DNA of 64,000 nt from the human T2T-CHM13v2.0 reference genome, Homo sapiens, in assembly GCF_009914755.1 (NCBI RefSeq), contig NC_060930.1; one strand, written 5' to 3'. Positions 14,788-29,270 of this stretch are shown piece after piece. The notes beneath the pieces are model-generated. The model did not search any database. It saw only the letters and a list, made by a program, of their open reading frames with translations, and had not been told where the DNA came from. Position numbers and translations under genes: made by a program. Position 1 is the first letter of the stretch. Each line of letters opens with the position of its first letter.

Positions 14788-15938
14788 GCCGGGCATGGTG
14801 GCTCATGCCTGTAATCCCAGCACTTTGGGCAGCCAAGGCAGGAGGATTGCTTGAGCCCAGGAGTGCAAGACCAGCCTAGGCAATACCATAAGACTCCATC
14901 TCTTAAATTTACAAGGAGAAAACAACTCCATTAAAAAGTGGGTAAAGGACTTGAACAGACACTTCTCAAAAGAAGACATACATGCGGCCAACATATGAAA
15001 AAAGCTCAACATCACTGCATTAGAGAAATGCAAATCAAAACCACCATGAGATACCATCTCACTCAGAATGGCTATTAGTAAAAAGTCAAAAAACAATAGG
15101 TGCTGGTGAGGTCGTAGAGAAAAAGTAACGCTTTTATACTGTTGGCGGGAGTATAAATTAGTTTAACCATTGTGGAAGACAGTGTGGTGATTCCTCAAAG
15201 ACCCAGAGGCAGAAATATCATTTGACCCAGCAATCCCATTACTGGGCATATACCCAAAGGAATATAAATCATTCTCTTATAAAGATACATGCACATGTAT
15301 GTTCACTGCAGAACTATTTACAATAACAAATACATGGAATCAACCCCAATGCCCATAAATGATAAACTGGATAAAGAAAATGTGGTGCACGGAATACTAT
15401 GCAGTCATAAAAAGGAATGAGATCATGTCCTTTGCAGGAACCTGGATGGAGTTGGAGGCCATTATCCTCAGCAAACTAACGCAGGGACAGAAAACCAAAC
15501 ACTGCATGTTCTCACTTATAAGTGGGAGCTGATTGATGAGAATGCATGGACACATGGCAAAGAACAACACACACTGGGCACCTGTGGGGAACGGGGGAGG
15601 GAGAGCATGAGAGCATCAGCAAGAACAGCTAATGCATGCTAGGCTTAATACCTGGGTGATGGGATGACTTGTGCAGTAAGCCACCATGACACATGTTTAC
15701 CTATGTAAGAAACCTGTACATCCTGCACATGGACCCCAAACTTAAAACTTGAAAAAGAAAGGAAAAAATTTTTAAAAATAGCTGGGCATAGTGGTGCACA
15801 CCTGTGGTCCCAGCTACTCAGCTACTCGAGGGTTTAAGGTGGGAGGATCACTCGAGCCTGGGACGTTGAGGCTGCAGTGAGCCATGATCATACCACTGCA
15901 CTCCAGCCTGGACAACAGAGTGAGACCCTGTTTCAAAA
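14788..15938 (+). mobile_element. AluJ split by an L1 3' fragment (L1 at 14905-15768)
   Basis: Alu left arm 14788-14903, L1PA/PB ORF2 end + 3'UTR + A tail, Alu right arm 15774-15938. Confidence 0.85.
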
Positions 15939-16349
15939 AATATATATATTCTAATATTTCCAGAGGAAAGTAGTGAAAGTATTTTAAGTCATGTAAAAGA
16001 AAATCATTTGGGTCAGAGATCCAGTAAGTGCTCACTATTTTCTTAGTCACATCTGCCATGCCTAGTAGAACACTGTGGCCCTATCAGTAACCATCAGTAA
16101 TCCTGACAGAAGTCCCAACTCCTTTTTCATCCCTGTGTTGAATATGATACCAAAGACTCAAAAATCAGAGATAATCTTTTACAAAGCCCCTCTTTATTTA
16201 CTTGTAGTTAATATTAAGTGTCAATACCTGCTATTTGGGGTATAATGAATTGTCACATGGTAGAACTAGTAGCATTGCTGGTATTAGTGTCAACGGCTAA
16301 CCCTGATTATTTACTCCTCTGTTCTAATGCTTTGCATATGTAATACACA

Positions 16350-16480
16350 CATATCAATTAACTCTCTCAACAAACATATCAAATAGGAAACCATTATCCT
16401 CATTTTATAGATGAGGCTCAACTTGCCCAGGGTCATCCAGCTGATCCCTGACAGGTCAAGCAGAGGACACTGGAGTTCTG
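16350..16480 (-). mobile_element. MIR fragment
   Basis: ATTATCCTCATTTTATAGATGAGG...ACTTGCCCAGGGTCA core. Confidence 0.65.
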
Positions 16481-16506
16481 AAATGTACCTTTGCACCCCC
16501 ATACAG

Positions 16507-16628
16507 GTGTTTATGCTGGACACCCAGTGCTCACCAAAGACACCAAACAACTTTGACCACGCTCAGTCCTGCCAGCTCATTATTGAGCTGCCTCCTGATG
16601 AAAAACCAAATGGACACACCAAGAAAAG
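16507..16628 (+). CDS. ARFGEF3: ARFGEF3 coding exon: VFMLDTQCSPKTPNNFDHAQSCQLIIELPPDEKPNGHTKK(S/R)
   Basis: CCCCATACAG acceptor, GTAAGT donor. 122 nt, phase 0->2. Confidence 0.95.
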
Positions 16629-16807
16629 GTAAGTACCTAAATCTCAACTCATAGGGTGCTTATAAATAAGAATGTTCATTCACTTCCAGTTCTCACACAT
16701 TGTAATCTGAGCTTTGGCCAGAAATACTGAAAACATTTGTGGAGTCATTTAGCAAAGGTTTTCATAAAAACTGTTAGCCTTGTAACCAAATTACCCACAT
16801 TTCATAC

Positions 16808-17175
16808 ATATTAGGTTATCCGGGCTGCCACAGAAAGTACCACAGACTGGGTGACTCAAACAGCAGAACCATATATCCCACATTTCTGGTGCCTAGAAGT
16901 CAGATATGAAGGTTTCCTCCGAGGTCTATCTCCTTGACCTGTAGATGACCATTTTCTTCCTGTGTCTTAACATGGACTTCCTCTGTACAGGTCTATGTCT
17001 CAATTTCCTCCTCTTATAGAGACACCAGTCATATTTAATTAAAACTAACCCTCACGACCTCATTTTGACTTAATTACCTCTTAAAAGACCTCTTCTCCAA
17101 ATATAGTCACATTCTGAGGTACCAGGGGTTAGGACTTCAACATAGGAATTTGGGGGAACACAGCCCAACCCATGA
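16808..17175 (-). mobile_element. MLT1-type MaLR LTR
   Basis: AAAGTACCACAGACTGGGTGACT...CACATTCTGAGGTACCAGGGGTTAGGACTTCAAC. Confidence 0.75.
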
Positions 17176-17206
17176 TGTCATACACTTATAATCTTAAAAA
17201 AAAATA

Positions 17207-17500
17207 GGCCAGGCATGGTTGTTCACAACTGTAATCCCAGAACCGCAGGAGGATCACTTAAGCTCAGAAGTTTGAGACTAGTCTGAGTAACATAGTAAGA
17301 GCCATCTCTACAAAAAAGTAAAAAAATAAAAATTTAGCCAAGCATGATGGCGCATGCCTGTAGTCCCAGCTACTCAGGAAGCTGAGGTGGGAGGATCACT
17401 TGAGCCCAGGAGGCCAAGGCTGTAGGGGGCCACGATTATGCCACTGCACTCCAGCCTGGGCAACAGAACAAAACCTTGCCTAATTTAAAAAAATAAAAAG
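17207..17500 (+). mobile_element. AluJ-like
   Basis: GGAGGATCACTTGAGCCCAGGAG motif. Confidence 0.85.
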
Positions 17501-17868
17501 TAAATTGAGGCATGGTTCTGATTGTTTCAGTGGGAAGCACATAAACCTCCCCAGGAACAATGATGGCTATTGGGAGACAAAAAGGTCTATGCTCTGCCCC
17601 AAGAAACTTGCCCTTTTTAAACACTATCATCCTCCCTTAAAAATATGGTTCCTAGACTTGAAGATGAAGGCAATGACCAACATTTCCCACTTTTAAACTT
17701 CTGACACGTTAATAGTAATACCAAGTATTTGAGCACTGTATATGAAACACAGTGGATAGGTATTCCTACTCCCATTTCACCCCTGAGGGCACATACAGAG
17801 AGGCTTGGGTCCTTTGCCCAAGGACACACAACTGCAAAGAGGTGGAGTCAGAATCAAAACTGGCTCTG

Positions 17869-19185
<1,317 letters not shown>

Positions 19186-20772
19186 TTAGCAGGTCAGTTT
19201 GATTAATATAACAATCAATCATTTGGGTGAAATTTCTAGGTAATAATTTTTGGGGTCAATTATTGGTACATACCAAAAAAATGTGGAATGTTCAAAAGTT
19301 ATGAAGCAGGAATAAAAAGTAAATGTGAACCTGTCACCCAACTTCAGGAATAGAACTCTACCAATTCTAGCCCGTTTCCCTCAACCACCAGTCACTAATT
19401 TTGAAGTGTTGGCCATTTTTAATCTATTTTATATACCAAAGATTGTGCAATCCTTTGACATCTTTAAGCATTGATTTACTTCAGAATTTCAGTTCTTTTC
19501 TTCCTTTTTTCCTATTTCTAATTCACATTCAGCCAATTATTCTTGCTGAAATATTTTTGATTTAAAAGTAGGAAAAAGGAATAATAGGCTGCATTCAAGT
19601 TATAAATAAAACATAGAACAGCCTAATGTCCTTATGTTATTGGTTTTAAAAGGTTACAGTTTAAAAATATACCAGCATGGCTCATAAATTTACTTAGCAC
19701 TTTTAATAGGCAATTACCCACTCACTGCAGTTAAGCAAAACAAAATAAGCATATTAAATTCTTTCACCAATCCCACTGCCCACTGAGTCAAAGACATTCC
19801 TTAACATTCTTTAAGAGCTCTTAGCCAAAATCTGTATGCTTTGCATTCTTAGATTTGACTCTTATTTGCAGGGGCAATTCTTAGTTTAGCATAGGATGTA
19901 GTGGAAGATGAGTTAGACCTGTGGAAAATTATATGCTAGCCAGGTCCATCCTTTAGATGTAATCCTAAAACCAGATTACAGCATTTAAATAGAGAAACCT
20001 GGGTTGGTTTGTTTGGGTTTGTTTTAATAGCCTTGACATTGATAGCCCCAAGCTTTACTCAATCCACATAATCTTAATTAGCATTTTAAGATATATATTA
20101 GCATGTTTTAAGTCAACCACTTGTTATGCAATTAACTCTCAATTATCCAGTCTGGAGGCTGGCTTTCCTTTGCCCTTAAGCAGCAGGAGGATGGCAGACT
20201 TCTTAAAGGTGTGCTCAGAAAAAGCTTGAAACCCTTGGGTATGCTGAATTAGAAAGTTATTTGTTGATTTTGTTTGAGATCTGTGTCTCCTGTCAGCGTA
20301 GATGATTAAGAATTGCATATCTATAAAATTGTTTCACTTATCTTTCTGAAACTTTGATCTCTTCAGTATCATTTCCCTCCCATTCTGTTTTCTTGTCACT
20401 GCGCCCTTTAACCCACACCTAAGGTAAAGGGAATTTGCTGTCCTTTTTTACATGCATGGTTAACAGCTGTATCTCTCAAAGCATCCAAAAAATGATCTCG
20501 GTGGATGAAGATATTCCACAATTCAGACATGGCTTTGCATTGGCCTGACTTTAGGTGTTGGCTGGAAAATGGCTTTCCATTTCTCAGGGAAGGTAATAAA
20601 AAACAGTGTTGTGAGCGAAGGGTTTCATGCCTTCACCAGACTGATTAAACTCACCCCTCTGGTGGTGCTTCCTGCCAAGGATCCAGAATCCTAGGGGAGT
20701 GGGGTTCAAATGTCAGAACCATTTCTCAGGGGGAGCATTTCCTTCAGGCAGCCTGCAGTCAGAGCCAGCCTG

Positions 20773-20870
20773 CTTTCTTTCTTCCACTTGGAGACTTACT
20801 GAATGCTACTCTCACCATTTTCTTTCTTTCTTCCACTTGGAGACTTACTGAATGCTACTCTCACCATTTT
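20773..20870. repeat. Perfect 49-bp tandem duplication
   Basis: CTTTCTTTCTTCCACTTGGAGACTTACTGAATGCTACTCTCACCATTTT x2. Confidence 0.95.
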
Positions 20871-21079
20871 CCTGGTTACTGGGGACAAGAAGATGAATAA
20901 GGTAGTGTCCTGTCCCTTGAGGATGTTATAGCTATCAGGGGGACAGACTTGTTTGATCAGTAAAAAATTTCCCTTTTTAGTATGCATCCTGTGGTAGCTT
21001 TTGGGCCAAGTTGTTATAAGCTTTTGGAGTCCTCTTTTTCAGAAGAGTGTGTATTCAGGTTTACTGGTAGCTTAAGTAG

Positions 21080-21275
21080 GAGCTGGGGCTGGGAAAATGG
21101 AGAGTTGTTGTTTAATGGGTACCAAGTAAGTTTCTGTTAAAAATTATGAGAAAGTTTTAGCAATAGATAGCAGTGATGGTTACACAACATTATGAATATA
21201 CTTAATATCACTGAATTGTGTACATCAAAAAGTTAAAGTAGTAACTTTTATGTATATTTTACCACAAAAAAAGTT
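21080..21275 (+). mobile_element. Old L1 (L1MB-like) 3' end
   Basis: GAGAGTTGTTGTTTAATGGGTAC...GATGGTTACACAACATTATGAAT. Confidence 0.65.
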
Positions 21276-21677
21276 AAAGCGATTTATTTTAAAAGGTTAC
21301 TGTTTTCGAATGACAGTCCTTTGTTACTCATTTCATCTTGAGAGTAATGTGTTTTCCCTCAGTGAGGACTACACAAAGGGCAAAGTTAACATTGAGATTT
21401 ATGCAGGATTTGTCATTTTCTGTTAGAAAAGCACTTTTTCCTACTTACACAAATTTTTACATTCAAAGTCATAGACATAAAGCAAAATGTTATTAACATC
21501 ATGGCTAGAACTTTGAAATTAATAACGGTTGTCATAATTTTATAATTATCCAGTTTGGGGCATTAATTGGCCATATAATGGCCACAACTATTTTCATAAA
21601 ATTATAAGAGCAGTGAAAAGAAATGAAACTGTAAACCAAAACCACATTGGCAAATTAAAAAGTTTGGCAAACATAGT

Positions 21678-21840
21678 ACAGGTTGAGCATCCCTAACCCC
21701 AACTTTTTGAGTGCCAACAGGACACTACAAATGGAAAATTCCACATCTGACCTCATGTGATGGGTCATAATAGGAAAACCCAAAATATATTCTGTGTCCC
21801 CAAGGGCAAAAAGACTTCCCAGCCCCCTTCAACTGTGATA
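21678..21840 (+). mobile_element. Tigger4/MER46-like DNA transposon fragment
   Basis: TA-CAGGTTGAGCATCCCTAA terminus; GGAAAATTCCACATCTGACCTCATGTGA. Confidence 0.65.
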
Positions 21841-21922
21841 TCTTTTGATGTCACAGTTAACTCTCTGATATCTGTGATATCTTGACAACTATTAATTTGG
21901 CATAATAACTTATATTCTATAG

Positions 21923-22228
<306 letters not shown>

Positions 22229-22455
22229 AGCTTCAGGAATTTTTTTAAGTGTCAAGAACTCCACTAGTTGTGATTAAAATGGTTATCACACAGTGCCCAA
22301 AAAGTATGCCTTCTTTCATGGAAGACATTTGAGTAGAGGTAGTTTAGTTTGTAAATTTGCATAGATCGTTCTGAAACGGGTAACGTCTATATTGCTTTGA
22401 GACACCTGATATAGGGCAGAAAACCATTAATCGAGCCCTCTCTTTTCACTTGAAG

Positions 22456-23674
22456 CGTGTCTTTCAGGGAAATTGTGGTGAGCCTGCTGTCTCATCAGGT
22501 GTTACTCCAGAACTTATATGACATCTTGTTAGAAGAGTTTGTCAAAGGCCCCTCTCCTGGAGAGGAAAAGACGATACAAGTGCCAGAAGCCAAGCTGGCT
22601 GGCTTCCTCAGATACATCTCTATGCAGAACTTGGCAGTCATATTCGACCTGCTGCTGGACTCTTATAGGACTGCCAGGGAGTTTGACACCAGCCCCGGGC
22701 TGAAGTGCCTGCTGAAGAAAGTGTCTGGCATCGGGGGCGCCGCCAACCTCTACCGCCAGTCTGCGATGAGCTTTAACATTTATTTCCACGCCCTGGTGTG
22801 TGCTGTTCTCACCAATCAAGAAACCATCACGGCCGAGCAAGTGAAGAAGGTCCTTTTTGAGGACGACGAGAGAAGCACGGATTCTTCCCAGCAGTGTTCA
22901 TCTGAGGATGAAGACATCTTTGAGGAAACCGCCCAGGTCAGCCCCCCGAGAGGCAAGGAGAAGAGACAGTGGCGGGCACGGATGCCCTTGCTCAGCGTCC
23001 AGCCTGTCAGCAACGCAGATTGGGTGTGGCTGGTCAAGAGGCTGCACAAGCTGTGCATGGAACTGTGCAACAACTACATCCAGATGCACTTGGACCTGGA
23101 GAACTGTATGGAGGAGCCTCCCATCTTCAAGGGCGACCCGTTCTTCATCCTGCCCTCCTTCCAGTCCGAGTCATCCACCCCATCCACCGGGGGCTTCTCT
23201 GGGAAAGAAACCCCTTCCGAGGATGACAGAAGCCAGTCCCGGGAGCACATGGGCGAGTCCCTGAGCCTGAAGGCCGGTGGTGGGGACCTGCTGCTGCCCC
23301 CCAGCCCCAAAGTGGAGAAGAAGGATCCCAGCCGGAAGAAGGAGTGGTGGGAGAATGCGGGGAACAAAATCTACACCATGGCAGCCGACAAGACCATTTC
23401 AAAGTTGATGACCGAATACAAAAAGAGGAAACAGCAGCACAACCTGTCCGCGTTCCCCAAAGAGGTCAAAGTGGAGAAGAAAGGAGAGCCACTGGGTCCC
23501 AGGGGCCAGGACTCCCCGCTGCTTCAGCGTCCCCAGCACTTGATGGACCAAGGGCAAATGCGGCATTCCTTCAGCGCAGGCCCCGAGCTGCTGCGACAGG
23601 ACAAGAGGCCCCGCTCAGGCTCCACCGGGAGCTCCCTCAGTGTCTCGGTGAGAGACGCAGAAGCACAGATCCAG
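22456..23674 (+). CDS. ARFGEF3: ARFGEF3 penultimate large coding exon: (S)VSFREIVVSLL...RDAEAQIQ
   Basis: Matches the 456-aa ORF 22457-23827. Pyrimidine tract + AAG acceptor (alternative in-frame CAG at 22467), GTACAT donor at 23675. 1219 nt, phase 2->0. Confidence 0.95.
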
Positions 23675-23970
23675 GTACATCCCTGTGGCCACAGCAGGTG
23701 GGCGGGAGGCTGGGTTTCCAGTACTGGATGGGCCCCCCCTTGCAGAGCAGGCATACACAGGCTAAGATTTATAGAAACAGGTAGGGGGTATGAACCGATT
23801 TCCCTCCAAAGTCAGAGGACTGCCTGAACCTAAGTGCAGGATCTCCCAGGATCAGTATGTCATTATGAAGCTGGAATTTTACTCTCAGGTAATTTCAGGA
23901 ACTGTTTTTCTCCATAGTAATGTATATTATTGAGAATTAGGAACTTACCTGTATAAATAAGGTGAGGCTA

Positions 23971-24237
<267 letters not shown>

Positions 24238-24780
24238 TCATTCGAAAATGGCCCTGAAGAAATTCTGTAGTTATGAAGCATTATATAAAAGAAAAAAGCA
24301 AAGTAAATATTGTGTGGTTATGCCAATGAATTTTTTTCAAATTGTTTTCATCTCAAGTTTTTCTAGCCCATCCTGTGCACATAAAAATTCTCATTCTTCA
24401 GGGAGGCTTTGAGTGTAATTCTATGGTGCATCAAAAAATGAGTTTGAGATTAACGGCCTGTGGAGATCTCACTGTGAGAAGGCAAGGGAGGTTTGTTGTT
24501 GTTGTTGTTTTTAAATCTAAGGAATAAGTAAGAGTTTAGTAGTTTGTGAAAGCTGAAAATAAGGCGAGTCTCTGCCCATCTTTATGTATGTGAAGTTATG
24601 ATGTAGGCATAATAAATTAATACGCCTACAATTTATTATAGGCATATTAAATGAGTGAAAACTAATTTATTGCAACTAAAGCCTGGAAAAAAACCATTTC
24701 CACATTGGCAGGGCCACTCTCAAGTGTTCAAATAAAACCAGGGGGGAAAGCCACTGATTTTCTTAAATCTTTTCTCTTAG

Positions 24781-24972
24781 GCATGGACCAACATGGTGCT
24801 AACAGTTCTCAATCAGATTCAGATTCTCCCAGACCAGACCTTCACGGCCCTCCAGCCCGCAGTGTTCCCGTGCATCAGTCAGCTGACCTGTCACGTGACC
24901 GACATCAGAGTTCGCCAGGCTGTGAGGGAGTGGCTGGGCAGGGTGGGCCGTGTCTATGACATCATTGTGTAG
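24781..24972 (+). CDS. ARFGEF3: ARFGEF3 final coding segment: AWTNMVLTVLNQIQILPDQTFTALQPAVFPCISQLTCHVTDIRVRQAVREWLGRVGRVYDIIV*
   Basis: TTTTCTCTTAG acceptor, 63 codons + TAG (24970-24972). Resembles the C-terminal helices of BIG1/BIG2/Sec7. All nine exons total 2334 nt = 777 aa + stop. Confidence 0.96.
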   Translation, partial: AWTNMVLTVLNQIQILPDQTFTALQPAVFPCISQLTCHVTDIRVRQAVREWLGRVGRVYDIIV

Positions 24973-26999
24973 CCGACTCCTGTTCTACTCTCCCACCAAA
25001 TAACAGTAGTGAGGGTTAGAGTCCTGCCAATACAGCTGTTGCATTTTCCCCACCACTAGCCCCACTTAAACTACTACTACTGTCTCAGAGAACAGTGTTT
25101 CCTAATGTAAAAAGCCTTTCCAACCACTGATCAGCATTGGGGCCATACTAAGGTTTGTATCTAGATGACACAAACGATATTCTGATTTTGCACATTATTA
25201 TAGAAGAATCTATAATCCTTGATATGTTTCTAACTCTTGAAGTATATTTCCCAGTGCTTTTGCTTACAGTGTTGTCCCCAAATGGGTCATTTTCAAGGAT
25301 TACTCATTTGAAAACACTATATTGATCCATTTGATCCATCATTTAAAAAATAAATACAATTCCTAAGGCAATATCTGCTGGTAAGTCAAGCTGATAAACA
25401 CTCAGACATCTAGTACCAGGGATTATTAATTGGAGGAAGATTTATGGTTATGGGTCTGGCTGGGAAGAAGACAACTATAAATACATATTCTTGGGTGTCA
25501 TAATCAAGAAAGAGGTGACTTCTGTTGTAAAATAATCCAGAACACTTCAAAATTATTCCTAAATCATTAAGATTTTCAGGTATTCACCAATTTCCCCATG
25601 TAAGGTACTGTGTTGTACCTTTATTTCTGTATTTCTAAAAGAAGAAAGTTCTTTCCTAGCAGGGTTTGAAGTCTGTGGCTTATCAGCCTGTGACACAGAG
25701 TACCCAGTGAAAGTGGCTGGTACGTAGATTGTCAAGAGACATAAGACCGACCAGCCACCCTGGCTGTTCTTGTGGTGTTTGTTTCCATCCCCAAGGCAAA
25801 CAAGGAAAGGAAAGGAAAGAAGAAAAGGTGCCTTAGTCCTTTGTTGCACTTCCATTTCCATGCCCCACAATTGTCTGAACATAAGGTATAGCATTTGGTT
25901 TTTAAGAAAACAAAACATTAAGACGCAACTCATTTTATATCAACACGCTTGGAGGAAAGGGACTCAGGGAAGGGAGCAGGGAGTGTGGGGTGGGGATGGA
26001 TTATGATGAAATCATTTTCAATCTTAAAATATAATACAACAATCTTGCAAAATTATGGTGTCAGTTACACAAGCTCTAGTCTCAAAATGAAAGTAATGGA
26101 GAAAGACACTGAAATTTAGAAAATTTTGTCGATTTAAAATATTTCTCCTATCTACCAAGTAAAGTTACCCTATGTTTGATGTCTTTGCATTCAGACCAAT
26201 ATTTCAGGTGGATATTTCTAAGTATTACTAGAAAATACGTTTGAAAGCTTTATCTTATTATTTACAGTATTTTTATATTTCTTACATTATCCTAATGATT
26301 GAAAACTCCTCAATCAAGCTTACTTACACACATTCTACAGAGTTATTTAAGGCATACATTATAATCTCCCAGCCCCATTCATAATGAATAAGTCACCCTT
26401 TAAATATAAGACACAAATTCTACAGTATTGAAATAAGGATTTAAAGGGGTATTTGTAAACTTTGCCCTCCTTGAGAAATATGGAACTACCTTAGAGGTTA
26501 AGAGGAAGGCAGTGTTCTGACTTCTTTAGGTGATCTGAAAAAAACACCCTTATCATCCAGTGTACCATCTAGAGATCACCACAGAATCCATTTTTTTCCC
26601 AGTTCCACAAAACACTCTGTTTGCCTTCAGTTTTTACTCACTAGACAATAATTCAAGTTTAGAAACAGGTAATCAGCTATTTGATCTTAAAAGGCAATGA
26701 ATTGTTGGGATATCAGTGAACTATGTTGTATACTTTTGAATTTTTACATTTTATAAATGGAATTGAAAGTTGGATAACTGCTTTTTTTAAATTTTCCAAC
26801 AGAAGTAACACCACAGTTGCTTTGTTTCTTTTTATAGCTTACCTGAGGTTCAGTTCTTCTTTGTGAACCTGTGAGTACTCCACAGTTTACTGGGGGAAAA
26901 GGCTTCAGTAAAGCAGAGGCTAGAATTACAGTATTTATACATAGCAACTTTTCATAAAGTAGAAAAATTCAAAGGAAGCTGTCTCAATTTGAGAATACC

Positions 27000-27329
<330 letters not shown>

Positions 27330-28435
27330 TTAGTTGTTTGTTTGGAAATCAGCATTCTCCCCGATGCTCTATTATGGGATCCAAAATTCTTGAACATAAG
27401 TTTACCCTGTACTGTGTCCAAACACTGTTCTAGTTCTAGCCTGATTATGGGTCCCAAGAATAAAAGGATGAGTAGGTGTACAGAGCTCTTGACCTACAAT
27501 TTTTTAAGAGTGTTTTGGTACCTTCCCATTGTCTTCTCTATAACTCAGTCCTAACATACTCTGCACTCGAGTTACCAGCCATCCACACTGACATCAGATT
27601 TCAACCAGAACCATCACTGAGTGACAGCAGTACTTCTCAGAGGTATTTGCAGCTTGATGCAAAGTAGTCTCTAATGAGTAGGCATTCAGGTGGTTCTTCC
27701 CAGCAGGTGGAGAAGAAAGGGAGGAGATGAAGAACACTGAGAGGGGAGTGGCACCTTCCCAGGCTGCCCAGCTCAGTCTCTTGCCCTGTTCCTGTGACTC
27801 AGCTGCCCACTCCCCCAACTTTGTTTCCCTCCCTCCCAGTCTCTGAAAGTGTCAGGTGTTTCTCTCCTCACAGTCTCTTTTGCAGCAACAGTAAGACAAA
27901 ATTCAAGGCAGCCTTTTAAAGTTACGAACAGTTATTAGCATGTATTTACAGACCTAAGCAGAATGAGAGTTTATACATTGTTTTTAGTTGCCTGTATTTA
28001 TAGCCAAAAGTATATTACCTTAAAGTTGAGATCTTTCTCTTCTTTTCCTAAATTTTGGTAAAGTGTGCTTCATGAAACAAACATCTGGAAAACTCCAAGT
28101 ATAAGAGACCCTGGACTGATGATGGCCCAGCCAAGTATATGGAGGGACAGAGTTCTCTCTGTCATTAATGAGGACATCGGTTTTCACAATTGAACCTCAT
28201 GCACTGTCCACAGCATCTCACCTAGCTCCTGTATCTCCTGATCTGCTTTTAAAAATAGTTAGTTAGGCTGCCTTTTTACACCACCTTCTCTCTCTCCCCT
28301 TGTGGTAATTTTCCAGCCTTCCCCATAGATATAAAACTAGAACACCTTTATGATTTGGGGTCTATGTAATGACTGACCGATAAGAACCCAGGCAGATGCT
28401 AACATACTTAACAGCTCGCATTAAAATACTTTAAA

Positions 28436-28720
28436 TCAGGCGTGATGGCTCATTCCTGTAATCTCAAGCACTTTGGGAGGCTAAGGTGGGTGGATCTCTT
28501 GAGGTCAGGAGTTCGAGACCAACCTGGCCAACGTGGTGAAACCCCGTCTCTACTAAAAATACAAAATTAGCCGGGCATGGTGGCAGCTGCCTGTAATCCC
28601 AGCTACTCGGGAAGCTGAGGCAGGAGAATTGCTTGAACCTGGGAGGTGGGGATTGCAGTCAGCCAAGATTGTTCTGCAGCATGGGTGACAAAGTGAGACT
28701 TCGTCTCAAGTAAATAAAAC
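28436..28720 (+). mobile_element. Alu (S-type) in 3'UTR, sense
   Basis: Dimer. TSD-like AAAAT..TTTAAATCA. Confidence 0.92.
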
Positions 28721-29089
28721 TAAAATTTTTAAATCAAACATGACAAAAATGTTAATATAATTCAGAAGTACCTTGAAATTGAAACATATTTGTGCAATGA
28801 TCATTAGGCTTTTTGTCCTTGTTGTTTTAAAATGAGGCTTATACAGAGTGAGTTGAGAGTCAAGTAGCCTTCGCTGTGAGACGGTAATGCAGTTATATAA
28901 TAGATACCCTTGACTTTGCCAGATTCATCACAATACTGCTTATACAGGAAAGTTTTCTCAGAAAGGAAAATCCATTAGTATCAGTCCCATCAAGCCAAAC
29001 AGAATGAAGACCTTTGATAGTAATAGCAAGAGGTTACAAATAGCAGGGAGGAGGCGAGTAGTGAATGTCACTGTGATTGCAAACCCTTA

Positions 29090-29270
29090 CCTGTATTATC
29101 ACACGTAGTCCTCACAACAACCTTGTGAGACAAGTGTTGTGTTCCTCATTTTTTCAGAGGGGAACACAGACCCAGAGAGGTTAAGAAATTTGCCCAAGAT
29201 AACAAGTAAAAGGCAAAGTTGGTTGCAAAAGAGGTGTTTCTGAATTCAAGGGCCATACTCTCTCTCTGAC
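29090..29270 (-). mobile_element. MIR in 3'UTR
   Basis: CCTCACAACAACC...CAGAGAGGTTAAGAAATTTGCCCAAG. Confidence 0.7.

Noticed and set aside
22529-23784. Antisense and alternate-frame ORFs overlapping the large exon
   Set aside because: Expected shadows of GC-rich coding sequence; no supporting signals.
24970-25059. Stop-codon readthrough extension (~29 aa) after TAG-C
   Set aside because: Context TAG CCG is not a known strong readthrough motif and the extension has no recognisable signal.
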